This document shows, piece after piece, positions 62,089-64,000 of a DNA stretch of 64,000 nucleotides; position 1 is the first letter of the stretch; every line of letters starts with the position of its first letter. The translations under genes were made by a program, and so were the position numbers. The stretch comes from a virus (lineage: Duplodnaviria; Heunggongvirae; Uroviricota; Caudoviricetes). Below the pieces are notes generated by a model. The model was not told the origin of the DNA, did not search any database, and worked only from the letters and a program-made list of their open reading frames with translations. The stretch spans positions 1 to 64,000 of IMG/VR virus record IMGVR_UViG_3300031414_000001; one strand, written 5' to 3'.

Positions 62089-62776
62089 GTTGAGCGTAAT
62101 ACATTTCGACTCTTTCTATCCACATATTGACAGCTTCATCAAAATCAGCACCCTCAATTACGAATTCTTGATATTCAAGATTCTCAGGGTCTTGACGAAC
62201 ACAAATAAAAATAACACCGCGATCAATCGTAGTGCCGTGTTGTTGATTATGTGCTAGTGCGTATGCTGCGATCTGAAGACGATAGTTTTCGATGTATTCC
62301 CACGTCTTAGGTTTACGGGAGTTTTTATAGTCCATTATACTAGGGATTCCATTATGTATTCCTACTAAGTCTGTTGTTCCCGCCCAAAGTCCTTCATAAT
62401 ATAAAGGTACTTCTTGACCCCATACTTCATTTATTTGAGGCCAGGCATTTGCCTGTATAACATCAGCCATATTACGAGCCAGTACTCTTATAGGCATTCC
62501 ACCTTTATGATCTGGATCACCAACTAATCTACGTTCTAAATTTTCATGCATGAACGTTCCGACTGTTGTAGCTTCTAATGTTATTTCGTTGGCTTTCTTT
62601 TCACCAACTGCGGCTCGCCATTTCTTCAATCCTTCATCATCAGAAGTGGCACTTAGTATTGTAGTCACGCTTGGCAGGTTTCCGCTTGGGGTAGAATAAA
62701 GGCGACCATCAGGGCCGCCTTCAATTCGTTCATAACCTGTATACGTGTACTTATTGACAATAGGTGGTATGTACAT
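62075..62776 (-). CDS. PD-(D/E)XK exonuclease (Cas4/RecB-like)
   Basis: LPSVTTIL, GTFMHE, E.PLY, AGTTD, IMDYKNS, Y.LQIAAY. Confidence 0.9.
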   Translation of the reverse strand: MYIPPIVNKYTYTGYERIEGGPDGRLYSTPSGNLPSVTTILSATSDDEGLKKWRAAVGEKKANEITLEATTVGTFMHENLERRLVGDPDHKGGMPIRVLARNMADVIQANAWPQINEVWGQEVPLYYEGLWAGTTDLVGIHNGIPSIMDYKNSRKPKTWEYIENYRLQIAAYALAHNQQHGTTIDRGVIFICVRQDPENLEYQEFVIEGADFDEAVNMWIERVEMYYAQRGEM

Positions 62777-62789
62777 CCTGTACTCCTAT

Positions 62790-62818
62790 ATTATAGCACA
62801 TGTTTTTAGTTTGTTTCA
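62790..62818 (-). promoter_or_regulatory. TG(A/G)AAC-class promoter
   Basis: TGAAAC-N17-TATAAT, extended TGC. Confidence 0.7.
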
Positions 62819-63151
62819 AAAATCTTGTTTTAAGTTGTTTGCTGCTGCTTTTGTTGCCATGTCCTCTACTTGTTCTTCAGAAGATTCAGCATTGTCACCA
62901 CTTGGAGTAGTATCATTGCCTTGTAGAGTAACTATGTCAGAGTTCGCATCTTGAACGAATGGTAGTTCATTCAGAATGTCCATCATGACGTTATAAGGAA
63001 CATCAATATTAGTACGCTTCTTAATCTCATTAATTAGAGATTGAACACTGATCTGTTCCCTGCCAGTGGCAATAAGAGACAGTGCGATAGTACTAATCAT
63101 GTTCCTAATATCTTTTCCTGGAGCATCCTCGGTTATTTGACTATAACGCAT
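62816..63151 (-). CDS. Conserved jumbo-phage protein (head region)
   Basis: MRYSQITE N-terminus; V..MATKAA C-terminus. Confidence 0.75.
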   Translation of the reverse strand: MRYSQITEDAPGKDIRNMISTIALSLIATGREQISVQSLINEIKKRTNIDVPYNVMMDILNELPFVQDANSDIVTLQGNDTTPSGDNAESSEEQVEDMATKAAANNLKQDF

Positions 63152-63163
63152 ATAACCCTCCGA

Positions 63164-63814
63164 TTATTTTAGGATCTTTAGAACCTTAGCGATTTTGTTT
63201 TCGTTTTCAGAAAGCCATTGGTTCATTTCTTTCTTAGAGTTGAAGTACTTATTACCTACAGTACCTTTAACACTTTCAAGTTGAATACCAATACGCTTAG
63301 GTTTAGCAGATTCTTTCATTTCGCGATCCATTGGAGTTGGTTCTGGTAGATCACCAGCGTCACCTAGTCCAGCATCATCTTCGAAATCAAAATCACCTTC
63401 TGGTGTATCTACATCTAGAGATACATCATCAGATCCAAAATCATCTGCACCTAGATCAGCAACATCTGGAGAACTTGTAATGTCACCAGTTAGTTTTAGA
63501 GTTTCAGTACTGATCTTGTCTTTAACATCCATAATTGTTTTAACAGCATGATCTAGAAGACCACTAATGTTATTACGGAATGATTCTGCTGCTTCAACGC
63601 CGTGTTCAGCTTTAATACGGTCTAGTAGTGGACCTAGTACGTCAACACCCATGTTGTTGATTACTTCAGCTTGACGTTGTAGTTTATCTACGATTTCACC
63701 CTTAACTGCTAGTACAATTTCAGCTTTCTCAATATTTGATTCATTTAGTTGAACAAAATTTAGAGCTTCAACGCGACTGCCGGATTCCATCATTTTTTGA
63801 AATTGTTTTGACAT
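63164..63814 (-). CDS. Probable prohead core/scaffold-associated protein
   Basis: LNESNIEKAEIVLA motif, acidic linker, REMKES; TAAATA at 63847-63852. Confidence 0.6.
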   Translation of the reverse strand: MSKQFQKMMESGSRVEALNFVQLNESNIEKAEIVLAVKGEIVDKLQRQAEVINNMGVDVLGPLLDRIKAEHGVEAAESFRNNISGLLDHAVKTIMDVKDKISTETLKLTGDITSSPDVADLGADDFGSDDVSLDVDTPEGDFDFEDDAGLGDAGDLPEPTPMDREMKESAKPKRIGIQLESVKGTVGNKYFNSKKEMNQWLSENENKIAKVLKILK

Positions 63815-63850
63815 TATTATTTCCTTATAAATGAAATTTATATCCTTATT

Positions 63851-64000
63851 TAGTTATGAATCCTTCTTCTTTTAAGAAGTTCAATACTCTTGCTTTCAAG
63901 TCTTGGGCTTTTTTCTTGTGTTCAGCTATAACTGTATCAAGTTCCTGAGCCTTGTCGTACTTAGATTCTTTAAGTACATTTTGACGTTCTTTGGCAGCTT
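63851..64000 (-). CDS. Partial CDS (C-terminus), Lys/Glu-rich
   Basis: Minus-strand reading ...KAAKERQNVLKESKY...LLKKKDS ending near 63855; boundaries approximate. Confidence 0.5.

Overview
This is a 64-kb segment of an AT-rich (roughly 35-37% GC by eye) T4-related jumbo myovirus genome. The gene content most resembles the RaK2/GAP32/PBECO4-like enterobacterial jumbo phages; that assignment is an inference. Almost every gene is on the minus strand, and the only convincing plus-strand genes are two tandem T4-holin-T-like ORFs at 53.5-54.9 kb. The left half (1-32 kb) is accessory/early. It holds many small ORFs, three tRNAs (Thr-TGT, Trp-CCA, Ser-GCT), two ATP-grasp proteins, an AAA ATPase, an NT5C nucleotidase, PnuC+NadR, an ADP-ribosylglycohydrolase, a NADAR-like protein, a LemA-like/membrane pair, a DEDD exonuclease and TelA. 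The right half holds replication, nucleotide and structural genes: clamp loader, GroES-like protein, a DnaE fragment, type II topoisomerase, Dda, RNase H, DHFR, MazG-like protein, nrdA/nrdB and a PD-(D/E)XK nuclease. It also has host-control homologues (IF3, ClpS-like, YggL-like, Hfq-like) and likely head-packaged zincin/GNAT/KTSC proteins. The most unusual signals are non-coding: (1) roughly 10-fold enrichment of the palindrome AGTACT across the window in all reading frames; (2) a DIP1984-like coiled-coil gene followed by a closed ~210-nt structured RNA with five perfectly phased 8-nt GGUUG repeats; (3) a ~390-nt multibranch candidate ncRNA with its own promoter at 21.1-21.5 kb; (4) a tRNA-like RNA whose anticodon arm is replaced by a 68-nt insert; and (5) a distinct TG(A/G)AAC-N17-TATAAT promoter class. 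All protein assignments come from motif recognition by eye; no searches were run.
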